DNA from: an uncultured delta proteobacterium
GTDB lineage: Bacteria; Desulfobacterota; Syntrophia; Syntrophales; UBA2185
NCBI GenBank assembly: GCA_963729715.1
Contig: CAVSPA010000005.1
Span: 608,001-672,000 of the forward strand
DNA: 64,000 nucleotides
Reading direction: 5' to 3'
Positions 19,006-29,666 of this stretch are shown piece by piece (the first letter of the stretch is position 1; each line of letters begins with the position of its first letter). The translations under genes were made by a program, and so were the position numbers. The notes beneath the pieces were generated by a model, which saw nothing but the letters and a program-made list of their open reading frames with translations, did no database searches and was not told where the DNA came from.

Positions 19006-20178
19006 ATGCAAAATTTCATATTCGATAATCCCACGAGGATCATCTTCGGGAAAGGAACGATTGCCCGCATAGGGAATGAAGTTAAACGATTCGGCACCAA
19101 TGTACTGCTCGTCTACGGTCAGGGAAGCATCAAGAAACATGGAATTTATGACCAGGTCATCTCGTCTCTTAAAGAAGCAAACCTTTCAATCGTGGAATTT
19201 CCCGGCGTCAAGGCAAATCCTGTTTTCTCCCATGTCCTTAAGGGAATAGAGCTTGCCCGCAGTCAAAACATCGACGTTGTCCTCGCCGTGGGTGGCGGAA
19301 GCGTGATCGATACGGCAAAGACAATAGCGGCAGGCGTAAAGGCAGAGCCGGGTGACGATATATGGGATTTTTTTACATTCAAGAAGAAGATACGAAATGC
19401 CCTTCCTGTCCTTACGGTGCTTACCGTGTCTGCCAGCGCCTCGGAAATGAATCCTACAGCGGTGATTACAAAGGAGGATGGGGCGCAAAAATTCAGTATC
19501 AGCTCTCCCTTGATACAGCCCAGAGCTTCAGCCCTGGATCCAACCGTGCTGTTTTCACTCACAGCCGAGTGCAGCGCTTACAGCGCCGTAGACGTAATCA
19601 CGCATCTGCTGGAAGGATATTTTAACAACACAGAGCCGAAAAGCCCGCTTCAGGACAGGCTGGTCGAAGGCATTATGAAAACAGTCATGGAAAGTACGGA
19701 GGTTATCCTCAAAGATCCTCAAAATTACAACGCCAGGGCCAACATGATGTGGTCGGCAACCTTGGCCTTTAACGGCTTGACGTCGGCAGGCATGGGATTG
19801 ATAAGCCTGCCTGCTCACATGATCGAACACTCGCTCAGCGCCCTCTACGACATTGCACACGGGGCCGGGCTGAGTATAATATTTCCCGGTTGGATGAAAT
19901 ATGCCGTGCACAAAAGGCCCGCGAAATTTGCCCGGCTGGGAAGGGAGATTTTTAATATCAGAGAAACCGATGACCTGAAGGCGGCAGTGGAAGGGATCAA
20001 TCGTTTAGAGCGATGGTTTTCATCCATCGGCAGCCCCACATCATTGAAAGAGGCCGGCATACCCGGATCTGATATAGACCGAATAGCAGAAAACTCAGCG
20101 GCGCTGGCCAAACTGTGGGTATTGAAAGACTACACCCGCGAAATCATCGTAGAAATATTGCATCTCTGCAAGGCGTAA
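19006..20178 (+). CDS. Iron-containing alcohol dehydrogenase (Bdh/YqhD-like)
   Basis: FDNPTRIIFGKG, GGGSVID, HMIEHSLS and HGAGL motifs; GAGGAG RBS before ATG at 19006. Confidence 0.93.
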   Translation: MQNFIFDNPTRIIFGKGTIARIGNEVKRFGTNVLLVYGQGSIKKHGIYDQVISSLKEANLSIVEFPGVKANPVFSHVLKGIELARSQNIDVVLAVGGGSVIDTAKTIAAGVKAEPGDDIWDFFTFKKKIRNALPVLTVLTVSASASEMNPTAVITKEDGAQKFSISSPLIQPRASALDPTVLFSLTAECSAYSAVDVITHLLEGYFNNTEPKSPLQDRLVEGIMKTVMESTEVILKDPQNYNARANMMWSATLAFNGLTSAGMGLISLPAHMIEHSLSALYDIAHGAGLSIIFPGWMKYAVHKRPAKFARLGREIFNIRETDDLKAAVEGINRLERWFSSIGSPTSLKEAGIPGSDIDRIAENSAALAKLWVLKDYTREIIVEILHLCKA

Positions 20179-20223
20179 GGAACAGCCGACAGCAGATGTT
20201 TTTGACATAAGGAGGGAGTCTGT

Positions 20224-21444
20224 ATGAAGCGGTATGGAGATTTTATCGCGTCCGAGGAAGATCTTGCTTTCCTCACCGTAATCCGGAAATACGTTGACAA
20301 CGAAATGATGCCGGTTCGTCTCAAGTTGGATGAAGATTATTCCGTCTTCGAAAAAGTATATGAGGGCCTGGTGAAGCTTGGTATCCAGAAGCGGGGATTT
20401 TCTCCCGAATACGGAGGTCTGGGAATCCGGTCCGCAACCACGGTCTGCGCCATCACTGAAGAATTATCCCGAGGGGACAGCGGCGTATCCCTTCATTCGC
20501 TTATCATACCTTGGTGTCTGGCGGGAGCGATGGGCGCGCGCAATAAAGTCCTCATGGATAAGTTCATTCCCATGTTCTGCGGGGATACACCACGCTGCGG
20601 CTGTCTTGCTATTACCGAACCCGCCGGGGGCTGCAATATCGAAGATGCGGCCGAACATGGCCTTACCATTCGAACCAGGGCCAGACTGGACGGGAACGAA
20701 TGGGTGATTAACGGCGAAAAAATGTGGCCCAGCGGCGCCAGCATTGCGGACATCTACTGTGTCATCTGCACGACCGATCCCACTCAGAAGGAAGATGGTA
20801 TGGCGCTCATCTACGTCCCCAAGGATGCCCCCGGGCTTTCCTTTGGCAAAGCGGAAGAAAAAATGGGCATGAAGGTGACGGACGTGAATACGGCCATCTA
20901 CTTCGACAACGTGAGGGTACCCAAAGAATATAGAGCCGGCGGAGCTGGCGTTGACTGGCAGCTTTTCCGGGCCAACATCGGCTGGGGACGACTGACGAGC
21001 GCTCCCATGACGCTGGGAAACGCCCAGGCCGTTTTGGAGATCGTGATAGAGTATACCAAGAATAGATTCTATGGAGGGAAGCCCGTCCGCAACCATTCCC
21101 TGCAGGCTGCCATGATTGCAGATATGGCGATCGGCATCGAATCAGCGCGCGCCCTTTATCTCTCCGTGGCAGCCATGTTCAACAACAGAAAGAAATACGG
21201 AAATCCCGGTGAGGATTATCTGATGGCTCGCGCCAGTGCCGCAAAGGTGTACGCCTGTGATGTCACCGAGACTGTATGCGACAGGGCTATGGAGCTCATG
21301 GGTTCATACGGGTATGCCCGCGATTACCATGTGGAGAAATATCTCAGGGACAGCAAGATTATCCAGATCTGGCTCGGCGGCGGACAATTGGGAAGGCTGG
21401 ACGTGGTCCAGAGCTACTACCCTTACGTAGAGAATCATAAGTAA
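20224..21444 (+). CDS. Acyl-CoA dehydrogenase-family flavoprotein (non-canonical active site)
   Basis: AITEPAGG, WVINGEKMW, GSYGY and VEKYLRDSKIIQIWLG motifs. Confidence 0.9.
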   Translation: MKRYGDFIASEEDLAFLTVIRKYVDNEMMPVRLKLDEDYSVFEKVYEGLVKLGIQKRGFSPEYGGLGIRSATTVCAITEELSRGDSGVSLHSLIIPWCLAGAMGARNKVLMDKFIPMFCGDTPRCGCLAITEPAGGCNIEDAAEHGLTIRTRARLDGNEWVINGEKMWPSGASIADIYCVICTTDPTQKEDGMALIYVPKDAPGLSFGKAEEKMGMKVTDVNTAIYFDNVRVPKEYRAGGAGVDWQLFRANIGWGRLTSAPMTLGNAQAVLEIVIEYTKNRFYGGKPVRNHSLQAAMIADMAIGIESARALYLSVAAMFNNRKKYGNPGEDYLMARASAAKVYACDVTETVCDRAMELMGSYGYARDYHVEKYLRDSKIIQIWLGGGQLGRLDVVQSYYPYVENHK

Positions 21445-21470
21445 CACATCTTATATGAGGAGTAACTGAT

Positions 21471-22922
21471 ATGGCACTAAAGACACCTGAACAATATGAA
21501 GAGAGTCTGCGCAAGATGAATTTTAAGATCTACCTGATGGGTGAGCGGGTGGAAAATCCCGTGGACCATCCGATCATCAGGCCTTCGATGAATTCGGTAA
21601 AGATGACATACGCCCTGGCCCAGAATCCCGAGCATGAAGATTTGATGACGGCGACATCTCACCTCTCAGGAAAGAAGATCAACCGTTTCTGCCACTTGCA
21701 CCGGAACACCGAGGATCTGATAAAGAAGGTGAAGATGCAGAGGCTTTTGGGGCAGAAAACGGGGGCCTGTTTTCAGCGCTGCGTGGGCATGGATGCGATC
21801 AATGCCGTGGACAGCGTCACCTTCGAGATGGATATGAAGCTCGGCACCAAATACCACGAGCGATTCATCAAGTTCCTCTCGATGATGCAGGAAGAAGACC
21901 TCACTGTGGATGGCGCCATGACGGACCCCAAGGGTGACCGTAGCCTGACGCCCGGCAAACAGGCAGACCCTGATCTATATACGCGCGTGGTGGAAAGAAG
22001 AAAAGACGGCATTGTCGTCCGGGGCGCGAAGGCCCACCAGACGGGGGCAATCAATTCCCACTGGATTCTTGTCATGCCGACGATGACCATGGCAAAGGAG
22101 GACAGCGATTATGCCCTTTCCTTTGTGGCGCCTGCCGACGCGAAGGGCATATTTTACATTTACGGCCGCCAGTCCTGTGACACGCGGAAACTCGAAGGCG
22201 GTGAAATCGACGTGGGGAATAAAGAATTCGGTGGGCACGAGGCCTTGATGGTCTTTGACAATCTCTTTGTCCCCTGGGAAAATGTCTTCATGTGCGGCGA
22301 ATACGAATACAGCGGCGCCCTGGTGGAAAGGTTTGCCGGGTATCATCGTCAGAGTTACGGCGGCTGCAAGGTCGGCGTGGGCGACGTGCTCATTGGCGCG
22401 GCGGCACTGGCTGCAGATTACAACGGCGCGGCCAAGGCATCCCACGTCAAGGACAAGCTGATCGAAATGATGCACCTCAATGAGACCCTTTACGCCTGCG
22501 GGATCGCGTGTTCGGCGGAAGGACACGAGACGGCATCCGGAAACTATCTGATCGATCTCCTCCTTGCCAATGTCTGCAAACAGAATGTTACGCGTCTCCC
22601 CTACGAGATCGCGCGGCTTGCAGAGGATATAGCGGGTGGGTTGATGGTCACCATGGCCTCGGAGCAGGACCTGCGGCACCCTGAAATCGGCAAGGTAGTG
22701 GAAAAATATTTCAAAGGTGTTGCGTCGGTACCTACCGAGCATCGCTGCCGCGTGCTCCGATTGATTGAAAACGTCACGCTCGGGACGGCGGCGGTGGGAT
22801 ACCGCACCGAATCCATGCATGGCGCCGGCTCACCGCAGGCGCAAAGGATTATGATCTCACGGCAGGGCAATCTCGATTACAAAAAGAGGCTGGCTAAAGA
22901 AATCGCCGGAATCAAAGATTGA
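21471..22922 (+). CDS. abfD: 4-hydroxybutyryl-CoA dehydratase/vinylacetyl-CoA isomerase
   Basis: Canonical CFQRCVGMD, TDPKGDR, GGHEA, HRQSYGGCK and TESMHGAGSPQAQ motifs. Confidence 0.9.
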   Translation: MALKTPEQYEESLRKMNFKIYLMGERVENPVDHPIIRPSMNSVKMTYALAQNPEHEDLMTATSHLSGKKINRFCHLHRNTEDLIKKVKMQRLLGQKTGACFQRCVGMDAINAVDSVTFEMDMKLGTKYHERFIKFLSMMQEEDLTVDGAMTDPKGDRSLTPGKQADPDLYTRVVERRKDGIVVRGAKAHQTGAINSHWILVMPTMTMAKEDSDYALSFVAPADAKGIFYIYGRQSCDTRKLEGGEIDVGNKEFGGHEALMVFDNLFVPWENVFMCGEYEYSGALVERFAGYHRQSYGGCKVGVGDVLIGAAALAADYNGAAKASHVKDKLIEMMHLNETLYACGIACSAEGHETASGNYLIDLLLANVCKQNVTRLPYEIARLAEDIAGGLMVTMASEQDLRHPEIGKVVEKYFKGVASVPTEHRCRVLRLIENVTLGTAAVGYRTESMHGAGSPQAQRIMISRQGNLDYKKRLAKEIAGIKD

Positions 22923-22955
22923 CCCGGGATGTAAGATGAAAAGAAAGAGAAGAAG

Positions 22956-23429
22956 ATGCCAAACGAAGATAAAGACTTATTGGAAGAGTCCCTGACCGGC
23001 TACAAGGAAAAAATAGTACCAATCACAAAAACTACCCTGACCTGGGATAGGGAACTCATCTTTACAGGCACGACCCAGCAGGGATATGAGATAGCATTCG
23101 ATGCCCATGCCCAATGGGGCTGCAAGCCAACGGAGGCTCTGCTTCTGAGCCTCGCCGGTTGCATGGGGATCGACGTGGTAATGTTTTTACAGAAGATGAG
23201 GGTCCAACTGACAAGTTTCAAGATGGAGCTTGTGGGAGAGCGAAATCCGACACCGCCGCAGTATTTCAAGGCCATCGAGATCGTCTTGCATATAGGAGGG
23301 AAGAACCTTAATGCCCAGAAGGTCGATCGTGCCGTTTCCTTATCCCATGACAAGTATTGTTCTGTCTATAACACCCTCCGCAAAGATTTGGAAATGAATG
23401 TCCGCTACGTACTCGAAGAATCAAAATAG
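22956..23429 (+). CDS. OsmC family protein
   Basis: PTEALLLSLAGC and SHDKYCSV motifs. Confidence 0.92.
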   Translation: MPNEDKDLLEESLTGYKEKIVPITKTTLTWDRELIFTGTTQQGYEIAFDAHAQWGCKPTEALLLSLAGCMGIDVVMFLQKMRVQLTSFKMELVGERNPTPPQYFKAIEIVLHIGGKNLNAQKVDRAVSLSHDKYCSVYNTLRKDLEMNVRYVLEESK

Positions 23430-23608
23430 CCGATCTCATATAGCCCCAAGTACGGTGCCCCGATTCTACTGGGCACCATGGTTATTTATAAGCTAACTAC
23501 GTCTATAAACAACTACTCCCCTTTCATTTCTTGTGTATCCTTTTTCACACGCTTCTAGTCTAAAGAGTTAAGGCGAGAGAAAAAAAGAATTTGTCAAGGA
23601 GGAATGAA

Positions 23609-23782
23609 ATGGAAAAGATGTTTGGTTCAATGATGCAAGGATTCATGAGCAGTATGTCGAAGGACGATAAGAACAAGATGACGGCGATGGGCCCATCTTG
23701 TAATATGAAAGCTATGCCTGAAGAGGATAAGAAGGCAATGATGGAAAAGATGAATGCATGTTGTGGAAGCAAGATGGACTGA
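23609..23782 (+). CDS. Small Met-rich protein (57 aa) with CC motif
   Basis: AAGGAGG RBS; MEKMFGSMMQGFM...MNACCGSKMD with an internal repeat. Confidence 0.6.
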   Translation: MEKMFGSMMQGFMSSMSKDDKNKMTAMGPSCNMKAMPEEDKKAMMEKMNACCGSKMD

Positions 23783-23865
23783 CATCATCTATTGAGGATA
23801 AGGAGAAAAGCAAAATATTTACTGGTGTTATGGAAATGAATCGTGGCTGAGGCTTGCGGGAGAAT

Positions 23866-25413
23866 CTATGGAAGCAGAAGCTGATTGTCTCGGGATCTTG
23901 ATTCCCCGACACTGGTTACATAGATGGCGGGCTGTCCAAGAACGGGGCATTTTGCCTCGCAGAGCCCGCAGCCGATGCAGAGCTCCAGGTCGACCCTAGG
24001 CAGCTTTAATATCCGTTCCTTTCCTTCTCTGTTTTTTACGTGTACCTGTTCAAACCAGATGGCCTTTTTCGGGGTGGGACAGACCTCCTCACAGACGATA
24101 CACGGCGTGGCATGGGCATGGGGCAGGCATCTCCCCTTGTCGATCATGGCGAGTCCTATCTTCACCTTGTTCTTCTCACGAAGCTCCAGTCTCTTAATCG
24201 CCTCCGTAGGACAGACCTGACCACAGAGGGTGCACCGGTATTCACAATAGCCGATGCGCGGAACAAGGACGGGTGACCATATCCCCTCAAGGCCCGCCTC
24301 AAAGAGCGTCGGCTGGAGACCGTTTGTAATACAGACCTTCATACACTCGCCGCATTTTACGCATCTCCTGAGAAATTCCTTTTCTTCGAGGGAGCCCGGC
24401 GGCCTGATTAATCTGGGATCGGACACGCCTGCCCTGGCAATGGGTGTGATTCTCATCAACGGCACGGCGATAAGACCCGTCAGGATTGAACCGATGACCC
24501 GCCTTTTGCCGAGGTCCATGCCGGCAACAGGCTGCTTTTTCAGGAAACCGAAATCAACGGCATTCCGAGGACAGAGATCATCGCAGTCCATGCAATAGAG
24601 ACACTCCGTGTTTTTCCAGCTCTCCTTCTCATCGGGGGTTGCGCCCCCCTGACATGCATACGCACAAGCCCCGCAGTCATTGCAGTCTTCGCTAACAGAC
24701 CTTCTCAGGAGGGCATACCTCGAAAGAATCCCGAGGAGCCCGCCTAAGGGGCAGAGATACTTGCACCAAAAGCGTCTCTCCACAAGATTCATTCCGAGAA
24801 TGAGGAGAAACAGAAACCCCACGAGGGCACTCTGGAGGTAGAAGGGCTGCTGGAAGGGGAGAAATATCTTTTTCAGAACGGAGTAAATAAATTCGGAGAC
24901 ATTGACCAGAAAAGGTATGTTTGCATTATAGAAGGCGTCAAAAGTGGCGCTCGTAGCGTAGCTCACCAATGGGTAAACAGCCAACGAAAACGACCTGATC
25001 AAGAGCGAAATCGGGTCCGCTATTCCTGTGAGCTGTAAAGAGAATAGGGACGACACTAGAAGAAAGATCAGGATATAATACTTGAACCGATACCAGTCCA
25101 CTGTCGCTGTCTTGGGGCGCCCTTTCTTTATGGAACCCACCATGTTATTCAAGGTTCCGAGCGGGCAAACCCAGCCGCAGAAGACCCTCCCCAGGAGAAC
25201 TGTCGCAACAATAACTAAAACGGCGAGGTAAAATGTTTGATACCACTCACGGCTGGACAGTATCGTTGTGATGAAGATCAGAGGGTCCGCATCGAGGAAT
25301 ATCTTTACGGGGTAGCCGAGGTCATTGGCCCCTTTCGATTCGGTCTGCAAAAAGAGCCACAGGAAGAGCAGTAAGAAAAGCCCCTGCGTAACTATACGGA
25401 TTTTTTTTGTCAT
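23866..25413 (-). CDS. Membrane polyferredoxin (NapH/MauN-like N-terminus plus several 4Fe-4S domains)
   Basis: GRVFCGWVCPLG, FWCKYLCPLG, several CxxCxxCxxxC motifs, RPPG motif. Confidence 0.9.
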   Translation of the reverse strand: MTKKIRIVTQGLFLLLFLWLFLQTESKGANDLGYPVKIFLDADPLIFITTILSSREWYQTFYLAVLVIVATVLLGRVFCGWVCPLGTLNNMVGSIKKGRPKTATVDWYRFKYYILIFLLVSSLFSLQLTGIADPISLLIRSFSLAVYPLVSYATSATFDAFYNANIPFLVNVSEFIYSVLKKIFLPFQQPFYLQSALVGFLFLLILGMNLVERRFWCKYLCPLGGLLGILSRYALLRRSVSEDCNDCGACAYACQGGATPDEKESWKNTECLYCMDCDDLCPRNAVDFGFLKKQPVAGMDLGKRRVIGSILTGLIAVPLMRITPIARAGVSDPRLIRPPGSLEEKEFLRRCVKCGECMKVCITNGLQPTLFEAGLEGIWSPVLVPRIGYCEYRCTLCGQVCPTEAIKRLELREKNKVKIGLAMIDKGRCLPHAHATPCIVCEEVCPTPKKAIWFEQVHVKNREGKERILKLPRVDLELCIGCGLCEAKCPVLGQPAIYVTSVGESRSRDNQLLLP

Positions 25414-26315
25414 TAAATATTGACTCTTTTGATTTTCAATTTCGATAGATCCATAGTACCGAGTCCTGCCTTGTGTCCTGCCATAACGTAGCCGAGATCC
25501 GCCCCTTTCAAGCCGAAGAGTGTGGCTCCATAGGCGTCAACGGCCACCTGATCCGTTCCCGCGATAACGGTGTTGAGCTGCTTCACATCTGAAAGGCTTC
25601 CTCCCTGCGGGCCATTGGCGGTCAGAATGCGAACCGCATCGAGTATGACAAGAGAGGGTTTGACGAACATGGCAACATCGACAAGGCTTCCATCCATCTT
25701 CTGGTGTATCCTGCCTCGCGATCCGCCCATGATGCCCATCAAGTTCTTCATGCCGAGGGTAAGGGTGGAAAGTCCGTGCGTCTTCGCGATAGGTATATTG
25801 ATGACCTTGTCCGCTTCTATGGCCTCCGTATATAAGGGCCAAGATTTCAGCGCCACGCCTGGAAGTTTTACCTCCCTGAATTTCCTGTCATCCACGAAGC
25901 TCACGACGCCGCCCACGGCGGAGGCTGCGTCGACAATGCCGCTCTGCTTATAACACCGTCTCGGGTCTACAACGGCACGGTCAAAAACCTTTACCTGTTT
26001 TGCTCCCGCCTCATAGCACATCCTGATAACTGTCGAGACGACTTCAGGATTGGTAGTTGCCGCATATTCAGGCATCCTATCCCATCCGATGTTCGGTTTA
26101 ACAACTACGACATCGCCCCTCGATATGAATCTCTTTATTCCGCCTAAAGCATCAATGGCCGCTTTCGTTATCCCTGCAGGTGAAACGCCATGGGCGATCG
26201 CAAGGTCAACCTTATCGGCGGCTTCCAGGGAACTGAGGATCATGCCCGTATTACCCGGGAAGGTTAAAGTCACGCCTGCCGCAATAGCAGCTTTAATAAA
26301 ATCCCTTCTCTTCAT
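25413..26315 (-). CDS. Tat-exported DUF362-family protein
   Basis: MKRRDFIK twin-Arg signal; VVVKPN, TTNPEVV, TLGMKNLMG and DQVAVD motifs. Confidence 0.88.
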   Translation of the reverse strand: MKRRDFIKAAIAAGVTLTFPGNTGMILSSLEAADKVDLAIAHGVSPAGITKAAIDALGGIKRFISRGDVVVVKPNIGWDRMPEYAATTNPEVVSTVIRMCYEAGAKQVKVFDRAVVDPRRCYKQSGIVDAASAVGGVVSFVDDRKFREVKLPGVALKSWPLYTEAIEADKVINIPIAKTHGLSTLTLGMKNLMGIMGGSRGRIHQKMDGSLVDVAMFVKPSLVILDAVRILTANGPQGGSLSDVKQLNTVIAGTDQVAVDAYGATLFGLKGADLGYVMAGHKAGLGTMDLSKLKIKRVNI

Positions 26316-26683
26316 CGCCACTCCTTTATGTGTGCCTTAATACCCGCCTTCCAATCAGAGACTGTTTCCAACGAGCTTGGGAATCAAAAACAATATCCAC
26401 GTTAAATAATATATACACTAATACTTTATTGTCCACCCTTTTACGAAACACCAGAACTTACCGTGAGTATGAATCAAATTCATAGCTTTCTTTTAGCACC
26501 ACGGAAGTTGGACGTCAAGCATCCCCGGTTCCGCTTCCTCATCATTCAACAGTTACGGGACAAAAAAGTGTGGTAAAAACGCTATTTCACATCTATACTT
26601 ACATAAGACCCTTGGTTCCGAGATGGCCGTTAAGAAGTAGCGGCTAAGGAACTTCGTAGAGAGATGAACGATGGGAGAAACGC

Positions 26684-28486
26684 ATGGAAAAACGTCATAG
26701 ATTTTCTATCTGGTATGTCCTCTTAGGCGTATGGGCAGTCCTGATTATCCAGGGTTATATCGCATCCATGTTTGCCGCCCAGATGATACCGTACAGCCAG
26801 TTCCTTAACCTTCTCAAGGCGGGAAAGATCGTTGAGGTGGCGGTAACAGCCAATCAGATTCAGGGCAAGATGAAAGGGGAAGGTGGTGCTCCCGATGAAA
26901 CAAAGACCTTTAAAACCATACGGGTTGACCCCGAATTGTCCACCTTACTTGAACAGTACAGAGTCATTTTCAAAGGGGAAATCGAATCGACTTTTCTGCG
27001 CGACCTATTTTCATGGATTTTCCCTATAATACTCTTTGTCGGCATCTGGTACTTCTTTATGAAGAAGATGGGCTCCCAGCAGGCAGGTTTCATGACTATC
27101 GGCAAGAACAAGGCAAAGATATATGTGGAAAATGAATTGAATGTTACCTTTAAGGACGTTGCCGGTGTTGACGAAGCCAAGCAGGAGCTGATCGAAGTTG
27201 TGGAATTCTTGAAGAACCCGGGGAAATTTACCGAACTCGGAGGCAGGATACCCAAGGGCATACTCCTGGTGGGCCCACCGGGGACAGGGAAAACGCTTCT
27301 GGCCAAGGCCGTCGCCGGTGAAAGCGGCGTGCCCTTCTTCAGCCTCTCGGGATCGGAATTTGTGGAGATGTTCGTGGGACTGGGAGCGGCGCGGGTGCGT
27401 GACCTTTTTGTTCAAGCCAAGGAGAAGGCACCCTGTATCATCTTTATCGATGAACTCGACGCCCTGGGAAAAGCCCGCGGCATCGGAACCTTCGGGGGAC
27501 ACGATGAACGAGAGCAAACACTAAATCAGCTTCTCGCGGAAATGGACGGTTTCGATCCGAAGGTAGGGGTTATTCTCATGGCCGCAACGAACAGGCCGGA
27601 GATTCTGGACCCCGCACTCCTCAGGCCCGGCCGGTTTGATCGTCACATCCTTGTGGACCGCCCCGATAAGACCGGACGGATGGAGATTCTGAAGGTTCAC
27701 CTGAGAAATATAAAAGCAGCGACAGACCTTGACCTGGAGAAGCTGGCAAACATGACCCCTGGTATGGCGGGTGCGGACCTCGCCAACCTGGTTAATGAAG
27801 CGGCGCTCCTCGCCGTCAGAAGAGACAAGAAAGAGGTGGGGATGCCCGAATTCGAGGAGGCTGTCGAAAGGATTGTGGCCGGACTCGAAAAGAAGAACCG
27901 TCTTATAAACCCCGAGGAGAGAAAAATCGTGGCCTATCACGAGATGGGTCATGCCATTGTGGCCTTATCTCTCCCTGGAACCGATCCGGTCCAAAAGATC
28001 TCCATAATACCACGCGGCATCGCCGCCTTGGGTTACACCATGCAAGTTCCTACAGGGGATCGTTTCCTCATGAGGAGGACTGAGCTCCTCAACAAGGTCG
28101 CATCCCTTCTGGGAGGCAGGGCGGCAGAAGAGATCATATTCGGAGATATATCCACTGGCGCCCATAACGATCTCGCGAGGGCTACGGATATTACGAAGAG
28201 TATGATCAAGGAATACGGCATGAGCAACAGATTGGGTCAAGTATACTTTGCTCACGAGAAGCGGCAGCAGTTCCTTGACATGGGCCTGCAGGAGACTGGT
28301 GACTACAGCAACGCCACGGCAGAAGCCATCGACAAAGAAATACAGACGATTATCAGCACGGAATATGCCAAAGCACTCGAGATTCTTAAAAGCAAGAAAG
28401 ACATCCTGCAAAAAGGCACCGAATTGCTGCTGGAAAAGGAAAAGATAGAAGGAGCGGAGCTGAAGGAGCTGCTGGAAAGCAAATAA
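26684..28486 (+). CDS. ftsH: ATP-dependent zinc metalloprotease FtsH
   Basis: Two TM segments; [28 protein letters not shown]. Confidence 0.97.
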   Translation: MEKRHRFSIWYVLLGVWAVLIIQGYIASMFAAQMIPYSQFLNLLKAGKIVEVAVTANQIQGKMKGEGGAPDETKTFKTIRVDPELSTLLEQYRVIFKGEIESTFLRDLFSWIFPIILFVGIWYFFMKKMGSQQAGFMTIGKNKAKIYVENELNVTFKDVAGVDEAKQELIEVVEFLKNPGKFTELGGRIPKGILLVGPPGTGKTLLAKAVAGESGVPFFSLSGSEFVEMFVGLGAARVRDLFVQAKEKAPCIIFIDELDALGKARGIGTFGGHDEREQTLNQLLAEMDGFDPKVGVILMAATNRPEILDPALLRPGRFDRHILVDRPDKTGRMEILKVHLRNIKAATDLDLEKLANMTPGMAGADLANLVNEAALLAVRRDKKEVGMPEFEEAVERIVAGLEKKNRLINPEERKIVAYHEMGHAIVALSLPGTDPVQKISIIPRGIAALGYTMQVPTGDRFLMRRTELLNKVASLLGGRAAEEIIFGDISTGAHNDLARATDITKSMIKEYGMSNRLGQVYFAHEKRQQFLDMGLQETGDYSNATAEAIDKEIQTIISTEYAKALEILKSKKDILQKGTELLLEKEKIEGAELKELLESK

Positions 28487-28509
28487 GTGTAATACGAAAG
28501 GATTTTAAA

Positions 28510-28954
28510 GTGACCAAGAAAAAAGCAAAAGACAAAGTTGTTACCGGCAGTGGCATCAAGACATCGGCAGGCGCAGTTCTCCTCTCCTGTACATTGCACT
28601 GCCGCGTATGCGGGAGTTCCGAGCTCTTCGAATGGCATGATAAAGAGATAGCCCCGGAAGATGTAGAGGGTATCGACACAATGGGCCTCATAATGGCAGT
28701 TGCGCACAGCCAGAACTGGATCGCCCAGCGCGTTCACAATATCAATGAGGGGGAAAATTGCCTTTTTGTGCTTTGCCCAACCTGCTTGGCCCTCTTCTTC
28801 TCCGCCACGACAGGACCTGATACAAGCAGCAAAGGACCTTCCTGACAGCCATGTCATGGACATTCTTCTCACAAAGTTCCCAAAGGAATATTCCCAAATT
28901 CTTCATCGCCTGACAGCAGGCACTTGTCCCCGCGTGGCCAATCACCCCCGTTAA
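28510..28954 (+). other. Hypothetical Cys-containing protein, possibly frameshifted near 28800
   Basis: ORF 28510..28845 has CRVC and CPTC; an overlapping frame continues QDLIQAAKDLPDSHVMDILLTKFPKEY to 28954. Confidence 0.45.
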
Positions 28955-29002
28955 AGAACCCCTTTCTTTCCCGCATCTAAAGATGGCTGAACGATGGTGG
29001 TA

Positions 29003-29031
29003 TTGACTTTTTACATGCAAATGATGATAAT
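29003..29031 (+). promoter_or_regulatory. Sigma70-type promoter of the thioredoxin gene
   Basis: TTGACT, 17 nt spacer, GATAAT. Confidence 0.55.
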
Positions 29032-29054
29032 ATTGAAAATGATTGAGGATGAAT

Positions 29055-29615
29055 ATGGCACAGGACCACATGATAATTAGGTGCCTCAACTGTGGAACGA
29101 GGAATCGTATAAAGAGAGAGCGGATTCACAACCGGCCTACGTGCGGCAGATGCCATGCTCATCTTGACGATATGATTATCAGATGTCTCAGTTGCGGAAC
29201 GAAAAACCGGATGCCTGAGAATCGCCTGAACGAACGCCCACTGTGCGGGAAGTGCGGCGTACCTCTCGTCATTAGGGGAGGTGAGGGATATCCTATAGAT
29301 ATAACGGATGAAACATTCTCAAGAGAAGTCCTCTCCCATGCCGGTTCCGTTCTGATGGATCTCTGGGCGCCATGGTGTACCCCCTGCCGCACGATAGGTC
29401 CTATTCTGGAAGAACTTGCAGCCAAGTATGCCGGCGGCGTCAAGATTGTCAAACTGAATGTAGATGAAAGTCCCCTTACGGCATCGAAATATGACGTTCG
29501 CAACATTCCGACAATGCTGTTGTTTAAAGACGGAGAGCTCGCAAACAGATTGGTCGGTGCCCTGCCTAAAGAAGAAATCGAACGACATCTCCTCGCCATC
29601 ATGAAGACAAACTAA
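29055..29615 (+). CDS. trxC: Thioredoxin, TrxC-like, with duplicated N-terminal zinc finger
   Basis: Two CxxC-GTxNR...CxxC modules; WAPWCTPC active site; cis-Pro motif IPT. Confidence 0.88.
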   Translation: MAQDHMIIRCLNCGTRNRIKRERIHNRPTCGRCHAHLDDMIIRCLSCGTKNRMPENRLNERPLCGKCGVPLVIRGGEGYPIDITDETFSREVLSHAGSVLMDLWAPWCTPCRTIGPILEELAAKYAGGVKIVKLNVDESPLTASKYDVRNIPTMLLFKDGELANRLVGALPKEEIERHLLAIMKTN

Positions 29616-29666
29616 TTTCAAGAATTTTAGATCGGCTTTCCGGCGCCATAGCTTCTCGCCACGGCG

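Noticed and set aside
23780..23782. Possible Sec read-through of the small Met-rich ORF stop (also considered for TGA at 28843-28845)
   Set aside because: No GGU-loop hairpin at the 17-19 nt position seen for the three supported cases, and no Cys-motif context.
26612..26652. Hairpin upstream of ftsH as an RNA thermometer
   Set aside because: The stem does not sequester the ribosome-binding site and matches no known class.
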